Below are positions 10,176 to 20,237 of a stretch of 64,000 bases of DNA, in pieces. This DNA is from Desulfatiglans sp. Its GTDB lineage: Bacteria; Desulfobacterota; DSM-4660; Desulfatiglandales; HGW-15. The stretch's first letter is position 1. The number at the start of each line of letters is the position of its first letter. Location of the stretch: NCBI GenBank assembly GCA_012513605.1, contig JAAZBV010000156.1:91270-155269 (forward strand), given 5' to 3'. The notes beneath the pieces were generated by a model. The model searched no databases, had not been told where the DNA came from, and saw only the letters and a list, made by a program, of their open reading frames with translations. The position numbers and the translations under genes are program-made.

Positions 10176-10191
10176 GCACAATATATGGTAT
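10176..10191 (-). promoter_or_regulatory. possible NrdR box upstream of nrdJ
   Basis: GCACAATATATGGTAT matches the palindromic NrdR-box pattern acaCwAtATaTwGtgt at about 13 of 16 positions. It lies ~200 nt upstream of the nrdJ start. I found no convincing second box. Confidence 0.3.
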
Positions 10192-10775
10192 GTCAATAAA
10201 TTCTTCCAGTTTTTGTTAAATTGGAAATATTTTATAAACAAGCATTGTCGATTACTTCCTATTATTCTTTTTTTCGGCTCATAGGATGGAAATGCGTAGT
10301 AGCATCTCCTCGTGGGTAGTATAAATAATGTGAAGTCAGAGAATAACTGAAAAAACACTACTGTTATGAATTATTTTTAGATTTATTGCAGTGATTATAG
10401 CGTCTTGCAGGTAGAAAATCGTCTGAAACGGCAGGCGTTACAGATTAAGATGCTGGTTAAACTTGTTCCCAGGCAACTATAGGTTTTTTCAAGGTATCAT
10501 TTGAGGGAGATATTCCTGATGAAAAAAGGCTGTAAAAATGATCAGGGAGGAAATGAAACCGGAAAAGTCCCGATATAAAAGGATCATTAAAAACCTGGTG
10601 CATAATGCTGATTCGGAAAGTGATCTGACAAAAGATACCGGCAAAAAAAATCGGTGATATTAGATATGGGTAGTGATGAAAAGGCTTACGATGAATATGA
10701 TAATGAATTCGGTAAATACTAGATGATTAGGATATCAGACACTCAAGGATTTAATCATATAGCGGATAAAAGAAT

Positions 10776-11135
10776 ATGGATCATAAAAATATGGAAGCAA
10801 GCACAGAGTTACTCTCTTTTTAACTCGCTAATGAACTGTTCGCTATTGAGGTTAGCAAGGTAAGAGAGGTTCTCGAATATACGACTATTACCAGGGTGCC
10901 GGGATCACCGGATTATATGGAGGGAGTGATCAATGTCAGGGGGAGCGTTGTCCCTGTAATGGATCTGAAAAAGAAGTTAAACATCCCCGCTTCAGATACA
11001 GACATCAATACGCGTATCGTAATAATGGAGTTGATCCTGAATGATGAAAAGGTGGTCGTAGGTTATATCGCAGATAAGGTCAGGGAGGTAATGTCTCTCT
11101 CTCCAGGTCAGATTCAGGCCCCCATGCAGGCTTGA
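10776..11135 (+). pseudogene. cheW: CheW-like coupling protein, interrupted by an in-frame TAA and C-terminally truncated
   Basis: ATG 10776 reads MDHKNMEASTELLSF, then TAA at 10821-10823. The same frame continues as LANELFAIEVSKVREVLEY...GVINVRGSVVPVMDL, which is a typical CheW core. It ends after ~119 codons, where CheW is usually ~150-165 aa. Confidence 0.7.
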
Positions 11136-11176
11136 CTCAAATTTTTTGATGATTATTTTATTGCCGCATGAGTCAA
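11132..11176 (+). promoter_or_regulatory. sigma70-like promoter plus inverted repeat upstream of hsp20
   Basis: TTGACT (11132-11137), a 16-nt spacer, then TATTTT. The arms TTGACTCAA (11132-11140) and TGAGTCAA (11169-11176) form an inverted repeat around the putative -10/+1. Confidence 0.35.
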
Positions 11177-11202
11177 AAAAACAAATTTAAGGGGGTGATC
11201 TT

Positions 11203-11637
11203 ATGAACAGCTTGTTAAGTATAATTCCAGGAACAGGTCTTGCGCCCAGCAGGAAACTGTTTGATCGCTTCTTTGATGACTGGGGTCTGGAAACGGTTTT
11301 TAGTGATGATAATGAGTGGGTACCGGCCTTTGATATTGCTGAGAATGAAAAGGATTATGCAGTTACAGCGGAGCTCCCCGGTATAGATATAAAAGATGTT
11401 GATATTACACTTTCTGAAGGTATCCTGACTGTTAAAGGAGAAAAGAAACAGGAAAAGGAGGAGACCGTTGAAGGTTTCCACAGGATTGAAAGATGTTATG
11501 GATCATTCAACAGGAGCTTCAGGATCCCTGGTAAGGTAGAGGCTGATAAAATTGATGCAAGCTATAAGGATGGTGTGTTAAAGGTTGTGCTTCCAAAGGC
11601 AGAAGGAACAGAGACAAAAAAGATTGAGATTAGATAA
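11203..11637 (+). CDS. Hsp20/alpha-crystallin family small heat-shock protein
   Basis: 144 aa with an alpha-crystallin domain (PAFDIAENEKDYAVTAELPGI...DGVLKVVLPK). RBS AAGGGGGTGA. Confidence 0.9.
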   Translation: MNSLLSIIPGTGLAPSRKLFDRFFDDWGLETVFSDDNEWVPAFDIAENEKDYAVTAELPGIDIKDVDITLSEGILTVKGEKKQEKEETVEGFHRIERCYGSFNRSFRIPGKVEADKIDASYKDGVLKVVLPKAEGTETKKIEIR

Positions 11638-11659
11638 CACACTGACTGTGTAAAAAAAA

Positions 11660-11693
11660 GAGGGTATCATCTGATGGTGATACCCTCTTTTTC
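11660..11693 (+). terminator. rho-independent terminator
   Basis: gagggtatca / tgataccctc 10-bp stem followed by TTTTT. Confidence 0.8.
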
Positions 11694-11710
11694 CCTCTCC
11701 GAAACCCCGT

Positions 11711-11977
11711 CTAAACAATAACATCTATGGGCTTTGGTTTTGTACCGATATTTTCATCGCGGTCCGGTTCACCGTATTTATTGTATAAAGTCCCTGTATC
11801 AAAGCGTCGTGTGTCAGGTTTTTTTTCAGTGATCTTATCCCTGTTTTTATTAAGCTTGGCCTCTTCGCTGTTTCCTGATTTTTCAACAGGTTTTATCTTG
11901 TCAGGCCCTTCCTTTTTCCGGATCTTAAACTCCCCTTCACCGGGATTATTTATTACTACAGAGGAATCTATAATCAT
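11711..11977 (-). CDS. hypothetical small charged protein
   Basis: 88 aa with a strong RBS (AAGGAGGTGG). It is Lys/Glu/Asp/Pro-rich and belongs to no family I recognise. Confidence 0.55.
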   Translation of the reverse strand: MIIDSSVVINNPGEGEFKIRKKEGPDKIKPVEKSGNSEEAKLNKNRDKITEKKPDTRRFDTGTLYNKYGEPDRDENIGTKPKPIDVIV

Positions 11978-12377
11978 ATGCCACCTCCTTACATAAGAAA
12001 CCTTTCTTTGAGGGAGCGCTGCTGTATATCAAATCCTCACATTAAAACCTGTCTTGTGAAAAAAGCCCGTTCCATTTTTAATGAACAGGTACATACAACT
12101 CTTTAATAACTTTGCAACCCCGCTGTCATATCCCTTTACATCATGGGACTTAGACCGGAAGTTTTGCGCCCTCTCCTTTCAGAGAGTTTGCCCTCAAGTC
12201 TTATCCAATCTTCAAATCGGCATCATGATCCTGAAACTTTAAAAAAATTTTTATTTTATTAAAAACAACTATATCAAGATGTTATCTATATGAAATACCA
12301 GACCTTTCCTGTTGACTAGCATATAATAAAAAGGCAGAATCAATGCGACTTAAAAAATAATTACACTGGAGCGGAAG

Positions 12378-13388
12378 ATGAAAATACTGGTAACAGGCGG
12401 TGCAGGGTATATAGGCAGCCATACAATGGTGGAGCTCTTGAGTGCGGGCCACGATGTTGTTGTGGTGGATAATCTTTCCAACAGCAAAGAGGAGTCAATA
12501 CGAAGGGTTAAGGAAATAACAGGTAAGGATTGTATTTTTTACAGGGCAGACCTGAGGGACAGGGATGCCCTTTCTAAAATTTTCAGTAAAAATTCCATAG
12601 ATGCAGTAATACATTTTGCAGGGCTCAAGGCCGTAGGCGAATCGACCCAGAAGCCCATTGAGTATTACAGCAACAACATAACAGGTACACTATGTCTGTG
12701 TGATGCAATGAGAGAGCATAATGTTAAAAAGATAGTATTCAGCTCATCCGCAACAGTCTATGGAGACCCGCACATGGTGCCCATAACAGAAGAGTTCCCT
12801 CTTTCAGCAACCAACCCCTATGGCAGGTCAAAACTCTTTATTGAAGAGATACTGAGAGACCTTTACACCTCAGAAAAGACATGGGATGTTATCCTTTTAA
12901 GGTATTTCAACCCTGTGGGTGCTCATACAAGCGGCAAAATAGGTGAGGACCCGAATGGAATACCGAATAACCTGGTGCCTTATATCTCACAGGTTGCTAT
13001 CGGTAAATTAAAGGTGCTTTCGGTGTTTGGTAATGATTACCCTACACCTGATGGCACAGGGGTAAGGGATTATATCCATGTTGTGGATCTTGCCTTGGGA
13101 CATGTAAGGGCAATTGACAGGATCAAATCAGAAACAGGCGTCAGGGTTTATAACCTGGGCACAGGCAAGGGTTACAGTGTACTTAAAATGATAGATGCTT
13201 TCAGGAAGGCTTCGGGAAGAGATATACCATATCAGATAACAGCGCGCAGAAAAGGTGATATTGCCGAATGTTATGCTGACCCATCACTGGCTAAAAAGGA
13301 ACTTGGTTGGGAAGCCCTCAAGGGTATAGATGAGATGTGCAGTGACACATGGAAGTGGCAGTCCCTTAATCCAAACGGCTATGAATAG
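12378..13388 (+). CDS. galE: UDP-glucose 4-epimerase
   Basis: 336 aa with Rossmann motif GGAGYIGSH and catalytic YGRSK (YxxxK). Length and layout are typical of GalE. Confidence 0.9.
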   Translation: MKILVTGGAGYIGSHTMVELLSAGHDVVVVDNLSNSKEESIRRVKEITGKDCIFYRADLRDRDALSKIFSKNSIDAVIHFAGLKAVGESTQKPIEYYSNNITGTLCLCDAMREHNVKKIVFSSSATVYGDPHMVPITEEFPLSATNPYGRSKLFIEEILRDLYTSEKTWDVILLRYFNPVGAHTSGKIGEDPNGIPNNLVPYISQVAIGKLKVLSVFGNDYPTPDGTGVRDYIHVVDLALGHVRAIDRIKSETGVRVYNLGTGKGYSVLKMIDAFRKASGRDIPYQITARRKGDIAECYADPSLAKKELGWEALKGIDEMCSDTWKWQSLNPNGYE

Positions 13389-13403
13389 AAAAAGGAGTTA
13401 CGG

Positions 13404-14051
13404 TTGCCACTTAAGGTTAATGAGATATTTTTAAGCGTACAGGGCGAATCCACAAGGTCAGGTTTTCCATGTGTGTTTATACGCCTTACAGGATGCAACC
13501 TTAGATGCTCATACTGTGATACCACCTATGCATATGAAGAGGGTGCCCTTATGGAGATCAGTGATATCATTGAAATGGTAAAGGGCTTTAACTGCCCGCT
13601 TGTTGAGGTAACCGGCGGAGAGCCACTGATACAGGATGAAACACCTGAACTCATAACAAAGCTTATTGATGACGGGTACACGGTGCTGCTTGAGACAAAC
13701 GGAAGTCAGGATATAAGCATGGTTGACAGGCGCTCTATAAAGATCATGGACATTAAATGCCCATCAAGTGGTGAAGAGAGTCATAATGATTTAAAGAACC
13801 TTAACGGGCTCAATGAGGGGGATGAACTCAAGTTTGTGATTGCTGACAAAAGAGACTATGATTTTGCAGTTGAGACCCTTGCCCTGATACCTTCTGATAA
13901 AAGGGACGATATATATGTGAATTTTTCTCCATGCTTTAGCAGGATTGAACCGAAGGAACTCTCTGAATGGATACTGAGGGATAAACTTAATGTAAGATTA
14001 AACATGCAGCTCCATAAGTATATATGGCCCCCAGATAAAAGGGGGGTGTGA
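13404..14051 (+). CDS. queE: 7-carboxy-7-deazaguanine synthase
   Basis: 215 aa with a TTG start. Has the QueE N-terminus EIFLSVQGES and radical SAM motif CNLRCSYCDT. Confidence 0.85.
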   Translation: MPLKVNEIFLSVQGESTRSGFPCVFIRLTGCNLRCSYCDTTYAYEEGALMEISDIIEMVKGFNCPLVEVTGGEPLIQDETPELITKLIDDGYTVLLETNGSQDISMVDRRSIKIMDIKCPSSGEESHNDLKNLNGLNEGDELKFVIADKRDYDFAVETLALIPSDKRDDIYVNFSPCFSRIEPKELSEWILRDKLNVRLNMQLHKYIWPPDKRGV

Positions 14052-14172
14052 TAAAAAATAGGCCCAAGGTGCAAGGCGCAGGGCTCAAGGTATAAGATTT
14101 ATGATGCAAACCCCATAATAACTCATTGAATATGCAGGTGTATCAACTGTATTGATAAAAAGGTTTTAAAAA

Positions 14173-14991
14173 ATGAATTTTATTTCTGATTTTAGGTGTC
14201 CACAGGAAATTAATCCTGATTCATACTGGTTTTTGATAAATGAGCAGAAGATTATTGTACTGTCAGAAAACGGTGCTATGTCTATCCCTCGTTACAATAC
14301 TCTTAAAGAATATGAGATAAGAAGTGACCATATCCAGTATATGGGCACCTATAACAACATTTCATGTTATGCTGCAGAGATTGAGTCCACGGAAGCTCTC
14401 CCCGGATGTCTCGTCGTACACCCGCCTCTTACCCTTCTGGACAGACTTGACTCAGACCTTGTAAGGCTTTCAGGGCTTGCAGGTCAGTTTATTACCTGGA
14501 GCAGGAATCACAGGTTTTGCGGAAAATGCGGAGGCTCAACAAAAGATAAAAATGATGAGCGTGCAAAGATATGTACCCCATGCGGTCAGGTATATTATCC
14601 GCGCCTTTCGCCTGCAATAATAGTGGCAGTTACAAAGGATGATAAACTTTTACTTGCGAGTTCTCCCAGATTCCGGTCAAAGTTCTACAGTGTGCTTGCA
14701 GGTTTTGTTGAACCCGGTGAAACCCTTGAGGGGTGTGTAAAAAGGGAGATCAAGGAAGAGGTGGGTATTGAGGTTAAAAATATTAAATATTTCGATAGCC
14801 AGCCCTGGCCCTTCCCTGATTCCCTCATGATAGGGTTTACAGCAGAGTATGATAGTGGCGAAATCAAGCCTGATAAAAAAGAGATTGTTGATGTTGGCTG
14901 GTTTAAAAGGGATGAAATCCCCGGAATCCCATCCAGTATAAGCATTGCCCGGAGGCTTATAGACTGGTTTATTGAAGGTGGAAACCATTAG
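14173..14991 (+). CDS. nudC: NAD(+) diphosphatase (NADH pyrophosphatase, Nudix)
   Basis: 272 aa with zinc ribbon CGKCG...CTPCG, Nudix box GFVEPGETLEGCVKREIKEEVGI, and the NudC-type SQPWPFP. Confidence 0.85.
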   Translation: MNFISDFRCPQEINPDSYWFLINEQKIIVLSENGAMSIPRYNTLKEYEIRSDHIQYMGTYNNISCYAAEIESTEALPGCLVVHPPLTLLDRLDSDLVRLSGLAGQFITWSRNHRFCGKCGGSTKDKNDERAKICTPCGQVYYPRLSPAIIVAVTKDDKLLLASSPRFRSKFYSVLAGFVEPGETLEGCVKREIKEEVGIEVKNIKYFDSQPWPFPDSLMIGFTAEYDSGEIKPDKKEIVDVGWFKRDEIPGIPSSISIARRLIDWFIEGGNH

Positions 14992-15016
14992 CAAAAATGG
15001 GAAAAATAATATTTTT

Positions 15017-15078
15017 ACCACGGAGAGCATGGAGAACACGGAGTAAAAATTGAAAGAACTCTATGTCTCCTCTGTGGT
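15017..15078. repeat. hairpin-forming short repeat of the ccacggagaacacggag type
   Basis: accacggagagcatggagaacacggag ... ctctatgtctcctctgtggt forms an imperfect inverted repeat. The same core recurs at 58794-58824 and 61503-61532. Confidence 0.7.
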
Positions 15079-15287
15079 CAGCGCTAACGATCTATTTTAT
15101 ACGTTATCGGATTTTTAGTCCAAAGTGCTAAGCATTTCATTATAATCACCTGAAAAACACAGATGTATTCTTTTTATAATATTTTTTATCTTTATCTGGA
15201 TTTGCCTGAAACCATCCTTATATTGGTGTAACAAAGGCGTTAAAGCGCCTGCAAATTCAAACCATATTTTCATCTGGAGGTTTGGGT

Positions 15288-16376
15288 ATGAAAATATCAA
15301 TATTGATAATACTGGCAGCTATTATAGTATCAGGCTCAGTTAAAATTTACTCCATTGCAGAGGAGGATGGTATGGGAAACATGAATGTAAAAACTGAGAC
15401 CGCAACAGTGGCTGGAGGGTGCTTCTGGTGTGTGGAATCAGACTTTAAAAATGTTGATGGGGTAATAGATGTTATCTCAGGGTATACCGGAGGTAAAAAG
15501 GAGAATCCTACCTATGAAGAGGTTTCGAGTGGTAAAACAGGGCATGTTGAGGCAGTTCAGGTGATATTTGATCCACAGAAGATAACATATGGTGAAATCC
15601 TCGATGTGTTCTGGAGACATATAGATCCAACCGATGCAGGAGGTCAGTTTGCAGACAGGGGGAGCCAGTACAAAAGCGCTATTTTTTATCACAATGATGA
15701 ACAGAAAAGGATTGCCCTTCAATCCAGGGAGAGACTTAATGGATCAGCCATCTTTGACAGGCCTATCGTAACTGAGATAATCAGGTTTGAAAAATTCTAT
15801 CCTGCTGAAGATTATCATCAGGATTATTCAGATAAGAACCCTGTAAGATATAAAAATTACAGGTATCATTCAGGAAGGGAGAGGTTTATTGAAGAGACAT
15901 GGAAAAATGATAAAGTTGAAAACACTACCTCTCAGTGTGATATCCCCGATGATGAGACTTTAAAAAAAAGGCTTACTGAACTCCAGTATGATGTAACCCG
16001 AAAGGGTGCTACAGAAAGACCTTTCCAAAATGAGTACTGGGATAATAAACGTGAGGGCATTTACGTAGATGTGGTTTCAGGGGAGCCCCTTTTCAGTTCA
16101 AAGGATAAGTATGATTCCGGTTCCGGCTGGCCCAGTTTCACAAGGCCCCTTGTAAAAGAGAATATCATAGAAAAGATCGATAAAGGTTTTTTCATGACAA
16201 GGACAGAGGTGAAGAGCAAAAAGGGTGATTCTCACCTGGGGCACCTGTTTGATGACGGGCCAAAACCCACTGGCCAAAGGTATTGTATAAACTCTGCTGC
16301 GCTCAGGTTTATACCGAAAGAGGAACTTGAAAAGGAGGGGTATGGGGAATATAAAAAACTTTTCCAGGAGAAATGA
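15288..16376 (+). CDS. msrAB: bifunctional methionine sulfoxide reductase MsrA/MsrB
   Basis: MsrA motif GGCFWC and MsrB motif RYCINS occur in one ORF with an N-terminal signal/anchor. GGAGG at 15276-15280 favours ATG 15288 over the track's TTG 15282. Confidence 0.9.
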   Translation: MKISILIILAAIIVSGSVKIYSIAEEDGMGNMNVKTETATVAGGCFWCVESDFKNVDGVIDVISGYTGGKKENPTYEEVSSGKTGHVEAVQVIFDPQKITYGEILDVFWRHIDPTDAGGQFADRGSQYKSAIFYHNDEQKRIALQSRERLNGSAIFDRPIVTEIIRFEKFYPAEDYHQDYSDKNPVRYKNYRYHSGRERFIEETWKNDKVENTTSQCDIPDDETLKKRLTELQYDVTRKGATERPFQNEYWDNKREGIYVDVVSGEPLFSSKDKYDSGSGWPSFTRPLVKENIIEKIDKGFFMTRTEVKSKKGDSHLGHLFDDGPKPTGQRYCINSAALRFIPKEELEKEGYGEYKKLFQEK

Positions 16377-16383
16377 TCAGTGA

Positions 16384-16800
16384 TCATTGTAACGCTGGAA
16401 TCCCCGGCCTCACCTTTATAACCATCTCCTTTTTGATGGTAACAGTACCCGGCTTTGCACCCTTTGGCTTTGAGACATATTTTGCCATTGTGCAGGAGAC
16501 AGGAGTGATTCCGCCATTTTTTGCCTTGCTGTGCCAGGCGGCAATGGCGGCTGCCTCCTTCAGTATGTCCTTTCCCGGTTCTTCATTCTCTTTTGCCCTT
16601 AAAATTACATGGCTCCCCGGCATGCCTTTTACATGAAACCAGTAGTCATTGGGGTGAGTAAGCCTCAGGCTCAGGTAATCATTATCATCATCCGTTTTAC
16701 CTGCCAGGACTTCCCAGTCACCGGCAATTTTGTATTCAATAATATTGTGTTTTTCTTTATCAATCATATTGGTATTTACCAGGGTCTTTATGGGTAACAA
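16384..16800 (-). CDS. DUF814 / NFACT-R domain protein
   Basis: 138 aa with the motif WFHVKGMPGSHVIL typical of DUF814. The start may be the internal Met (MIDKEK...). Confidence 0.7.
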   Translation of the reverse strand: MLPIKTLVNTNMIDKEKHNIIEYKIAGDWEVLAGKTDDDNDYLSLRLTHPNDYWFHVKGMPGSHVILRAKENEEPGKDILKEAAAIAAWHSKAKNGGITPVSCTMAKYVSKPKGAKPGTVTIKKEMVIKVRPGIPALQ

Positions 16801-16979
16801 TAACAGAGCTGCTTTTACTCTACAATGGGAATCTATAAAAAAAGATTGAACCGCTGTATTAAAAAAATCTGCTCTGATTTGAAATTTGTTTTATGTGATA
16901 TATATTCCTGATATATATTGGGATATATTTGAGGAACAATATCGTTAACAGATGGTAAATGTTTTAAGGAGATTAAACA

Positions 16980-18320
16980 ATGAAGATTAAGATAGCTCTG
17001 GTATCAATTGTTTTTGTCATGATTTTGAGCATGCCTTATGGTCAGGTAGGCGCCTCGGATTACAACAGCAACTGGCCCACATGGAGGGGCCCCCTGTTTA
17101 CCGGCGAGGTGGTAAAAGGTAACCCTCCTACAATCTGGAGCGAGACAAAGAATATCAAATGGAAAATACCCTTACCAGGAAAGGGCCTATCCACTCCGAT
17201 AGTATGGGGAGATCAGATATTCCTGACCTCTGCCATACCTCTTGATAAAAAGGCGTCTGAAGAAACCCTTGCAAAACTTAAGGAGGGGCAGGCATCTTGG
17301 ATGCAGCCCAAACTGCCCGAATATCTCCAGCAGTTTGTGGTCTATTCCATTGATAAAAACACCGGGAAAACTCTCTGGCAAAAGGTTGTACGCGAGCAGT
17401 TTCCCCATGAAGGCACCCATAATGATGGTAGCTGGGCCTCACAATCATGTGTGACTGATGGGGAATATCTTGTTGCATCATTTGGTTCTTTTGGAATTTA
17501 CTGTTTTGATCTCAAAGGTAATCTGAAATGGGAGAAGGACATTGGAGATCTGAATATCCGGGCCTCTTTCGGGGAAGGTAGTTCTCCTGCCCTGTATAAT
17601 GATTATCTGATCGTAAACTGGGATCATGAAAAGGATTCCTATATATATGTCCTTAATAAGAAAGATGGCGAGGTTATATGGAAAAAGAAGAGGGATGAGA
17701 AGACCTCATGGTCTACACCCATCGTTGTCCCGGTAAAGGGAAAGCTTCAGCTGATTGTAAGCGCCACTGGAAAATCAACCGCCTATGACCTGCAAAATGG
17801 AGATATCATTTGGGTAATATCAGGTATGACCGAAAATGTGATCCCATCACCTGTTACTGACGGTGAACTTGTTCACCTGATTAGCGGTTTCAGGGGCGCT
17901 GCAATGCAGACAATCAGGCTGGATGAGGCAAGCGGGGATCTGAAAGAGTCATCCGCATTAGTCTGGACATATAACAAAAATACCCCGTATGTCCCTTCAG
18001 CGCTTCTCTACAATGGCAGGCTCTATTATCTGCGCGGAAATGATGAAAGGCTGAGCTGTGTAGATGCTAAAACCGGAAAGATATTTTATGAGGCTGTTAA
18101 GCTTGATGGAATGAAAGGTGTGTATGCTTCACCCATTGGTGTTAACGGCCTTGTTTATGTGCTGGGCAGGAATGGAATGTGTTATGTTATAAAGGATGGA
18201 GAAGAGTTGAATGTTGTTTCCAGAAACCAGCTTGATGACAATTTTGATGCCAGCCCTGTTGTTGTTGGGAATCAATTGTTTTTGAGGGGTTTGAAGGCTC
18301 TTTACTGTATTTCGGAGTGA
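16980..18320 (+). CDS. secreted PQQ-like (BamB-like) beta-propeller repeat protein
   Basis: 446 aa with a signal peptide. The NWPTWRGP segment after the signal is typical of this family, followed by repeated W/G blade motifs. Confidence 0.75.
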   Translation: MKIKIALVSIVFVMILSMPYGQVGASDYNSNWPTWRGPLFTGEVVKGNPPTIWSETKNIKWKIPLPGKGLSTPIVWGDQIFLTSAIPLDKKASEETLAKLKEGQASWMQPKLPEYLQQFVVYSIDKNTGKTLWQKVVREQFPHEGTHNDGSWASQSCVTDGEYLVASFGSFGIYCFDLKGNLKWEKDIGDLNIRASFGEGSSPALYNDYLIVNWDHEKDSYIYVLNKKDGEVIWKKKRDEKTSWSTPIVVPVKGKLQLIVSATGKSTAYDLQNGDIIWVISGMTENVIPSPVTDGELVHLISGFRGAAMQTIRLDEASGDLKESSALVWTYNKNTPYVPSALLYNGRLYYLRGNDERLSCVDAKTGKIFYEAVKLDGMKGVYASPIGVNGLVYVLGRNGMCYVIKDGEELNVVSRNQLDDNFDASPVVVGNQLFLRGLKALYCISE

Positions 18321-18329
18321 TTTTTAAAT

Positions 18330-18555
18330 TGGCATGGCGCATAGAGCATAGCGCATGGAGTAAGTATAAAAAATTGGTTTTGATATTGCCCTATGCTCTT
18401 TGCCCCCTATGCGCTATGTTTTCCTGTATGTTGTAGGGGTAACCCCCTGCCTGCCCCTACACTTATTTCCAGAATCATTCAATTCGCCCTGCGCCTTGAG
18501 CCATTCCTCTCTTTCTAACCCTCGAACCCTGGAATCCTTGACCCCTTGAACCCTT
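18330..18555. repeat. mosaic of short dispersed low-complexity repeats
   Basis: gcgcatagagcatagcgcat pairs with ctatgctct..ctatgcgc as an inverted pair. A tgtagggg...cccctaca hairpin follows. The cgccctgcgccttgagcc / ctcgaaccctggaatccttgaccccttgaaccc motifs are related to 14061-14096, 27955-27970 and 59319-59345. Confidence 0.7.
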
Positions 18556-19816
18556 ACTTTAAAACCACACACTTCATCTGCTTCTGATCCCTGATCAAAA
18601 GCTTCCCGTCACTTAATGCCAAAGGCGCCCATGCCTGTTTTGTGTCAAGCAGTTCTGCCTTTGCCTGCACCCTGAATTCATCAGGAGTTGGCTCAATAAG
18701 ATAGAGCATCTTTTCACCATCACTGCTTAAAATAATGTCATCAGCTAGAATGAATCCGCCCTTGTCAAAATTAGGGTCTTTCCCTGTCTTCCATTTGATG
18801 TTGCCCTTAAGGTCCATACACATGAAGCCATTTCTCACCTGATTATTTGTGCCTTGGCTATAAAGATGCCCTTTGTAAAATATAGCGGGGTGCACATGGG
18901 AAGCGAACTCCTTTGAAAACATCACCTCATTTACTTCCCATGAATTCTCCTTCTTATTTAACTGTATAAGCGCCCCTCCAGATAGATACCCTCCTGTGAT
19001 AAACAGGCTGTTATCGCCCGTCTCTGTTACATTAGGCACAGGGGTCTTGCATTTCCAGCCATCATAAGACCATAAAAGCTTGCCTGTATCAGGGTTAAAC
19101 CCCATGACAGCCCCGGTGCCCCCACCTTCAGGCCTGGTGGCTGATATCATCACCAGATGATCTTCATTATCCATTTTGACCACCTTTGGTGAGACATATC
19201 CGGGGCTCCCTGGAAGGACCGGTGTCTTCCAGATAATCTCTCCATTTATCTTGTCATATGCCACAATGCCGACCACCTCTGTCTGAGGGGCAATAATCAC
19301 CATGTTTTTATAAACAAGGGGGTTCTGGGCAATCGCCCACATGGGGATGTCTGTTTTACTGAAATCTGTCCAGAAGTTCTTTTTCCATAAAGGTTTACGG
19401 GTGTCTTTATCAACACAGAGGAAATTGCCGAATGCATCACTTACATAAATTCTGCTACCATCTATTGTTGGTACTGTCCTTGAACCGTCATAGCTGACTG
19501 ACCATTTTGCCTCACTGCTGAATTGCCATTCTTCTTTTCCGGTAATAAGGTCAAAACAGCGTAAAACATTCTCTCTGTCATCAACCCTGTCATATATGTA
19601 GACCTTACCTTTACTAACAGCAGGCCCTCCGAAACCCTCACCGAGTGGAACTGTCCATAAAATCTTTGCCCCCCCTGCGGGCCATTGCCTTAAAAGCCCC
19701 TTTTCATCAGATACTGCATCCCGGTCAGGTCCAAGGTACTGTGGCCAGTCAGATGCCTGGGTTTTGCAGATATTAAAAAGGAAAAGAATAATAAGAATCA
19801 TTTCTGTAATCTTCAT
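18554..19816 (-). CDS. secreted PQQ-like (BamB-like) beta-propeller repeat protein
   Basis: The ORF track gives 18554..19849. ATG 19816 (MKITEMILIILF...) has an AGGAAGG RBS and starts a signal peptide. It has the DWPQYLGP segment and repeated blades. Confidence 0.75.
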   Translation of the reverse strand: MKITEMILIILFLFNICKTQASDWPQYLGPDRDAVSDEKGLLRQWPAGGAKILWTVPLGEGFGGPAVSKGKVYIYDRVDDRENVLRCFDLITGKEEWQFSSEAKWSVSYDGSRTVPTIDGSRIYVSDAFGNFLCVDKDTRKPLWKKNFWTDFSKTDIPMWAIAQNPLVYKNMVIIAPQTEVVGIVAYDKINGEIIWKTPVLPGSPGYVSPKVVKMDNEDHLVMISATRPEGGGTGAVMGFNPDTGKLLWSYDGWKCKTPVPNVTETGDNSLFITGGYLSGGALIQLNKKENSWEVNEVMFSKEFASHVHPAIFYKGHLYSQGTNNQVRNGFMCMDLKGNIKWKTGKDPNFDKGGFILADDIILSSDGEKMLYLIEPTPDEFRVQAKAELLDTKQAWAPLALSDGKLLIRDQKQMKCVVLK

Positions 19817-20237
19817 ATCAATACCTTCCTGAATATAGAGATTGTACATAGTCTGATCTGATATAAATTTTTTAAAAAGTCAATAGTTCTTAAATGTAAT
19901 AAAAAGTGCAATTATAAGGTGTATTTTTATAGACAAATTAACTGGAAAATATGAAAAAGAATACGATAAAAGAAGTAGTTAGAGAGTGTCAAGAATTTAT
20001 TTTTTACAAAAAACAAGTGGTGTCTGTTGTCAGGTTTATTAAGTAAATATTAAATAAAATTAATATAATCAGTATATTGAAGAGTATTTGCATTTTAATT
20101 GTAATAACCTTTAACTAGAATAGCCCTTTAAAAATCCATGTGCATTATTTTCTAAAAAAAATTATTGTAAGACTGGTATAAGAAATGCAAATGGTCAGGT
20201 TCAGCAGGAAAATACTAAAATAACAGGAGCGAAGAAT

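Noticed and set aside
10140-10358. A 72-aa minus-strand ORF and tiny plus-strand ORFs at 10519-10730 in the long nrdJ-cheW gap.
   Set aside because: They have no RBS, no recognisable motifs, and AT-rich sequence with odd composition. Evidence is insufficient to call them coding.
12214-12241. A sigma-28-like promoter (TAAAG-N16-GCCGATTT) on the minus strand, upstream of the 88-aa ORF. I wondered whether that ORF is FlgM.
   Set aside because: The spacer is one nt off consensus and the site lies ~235 nt from the start codon. The protein lacks the helical FlgM C-terminus. There are no flagellar genes nearby, so this is likely a chance match.
16373-16636. An 87-aa plus-strand ORF overlapping the DUF814 gene.
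   Set aside because: It is antisense to a motif-supported gene and begins inside the msrAB stop region. Its hydrophobic low-complexity translation marks it as a shadow ORF.
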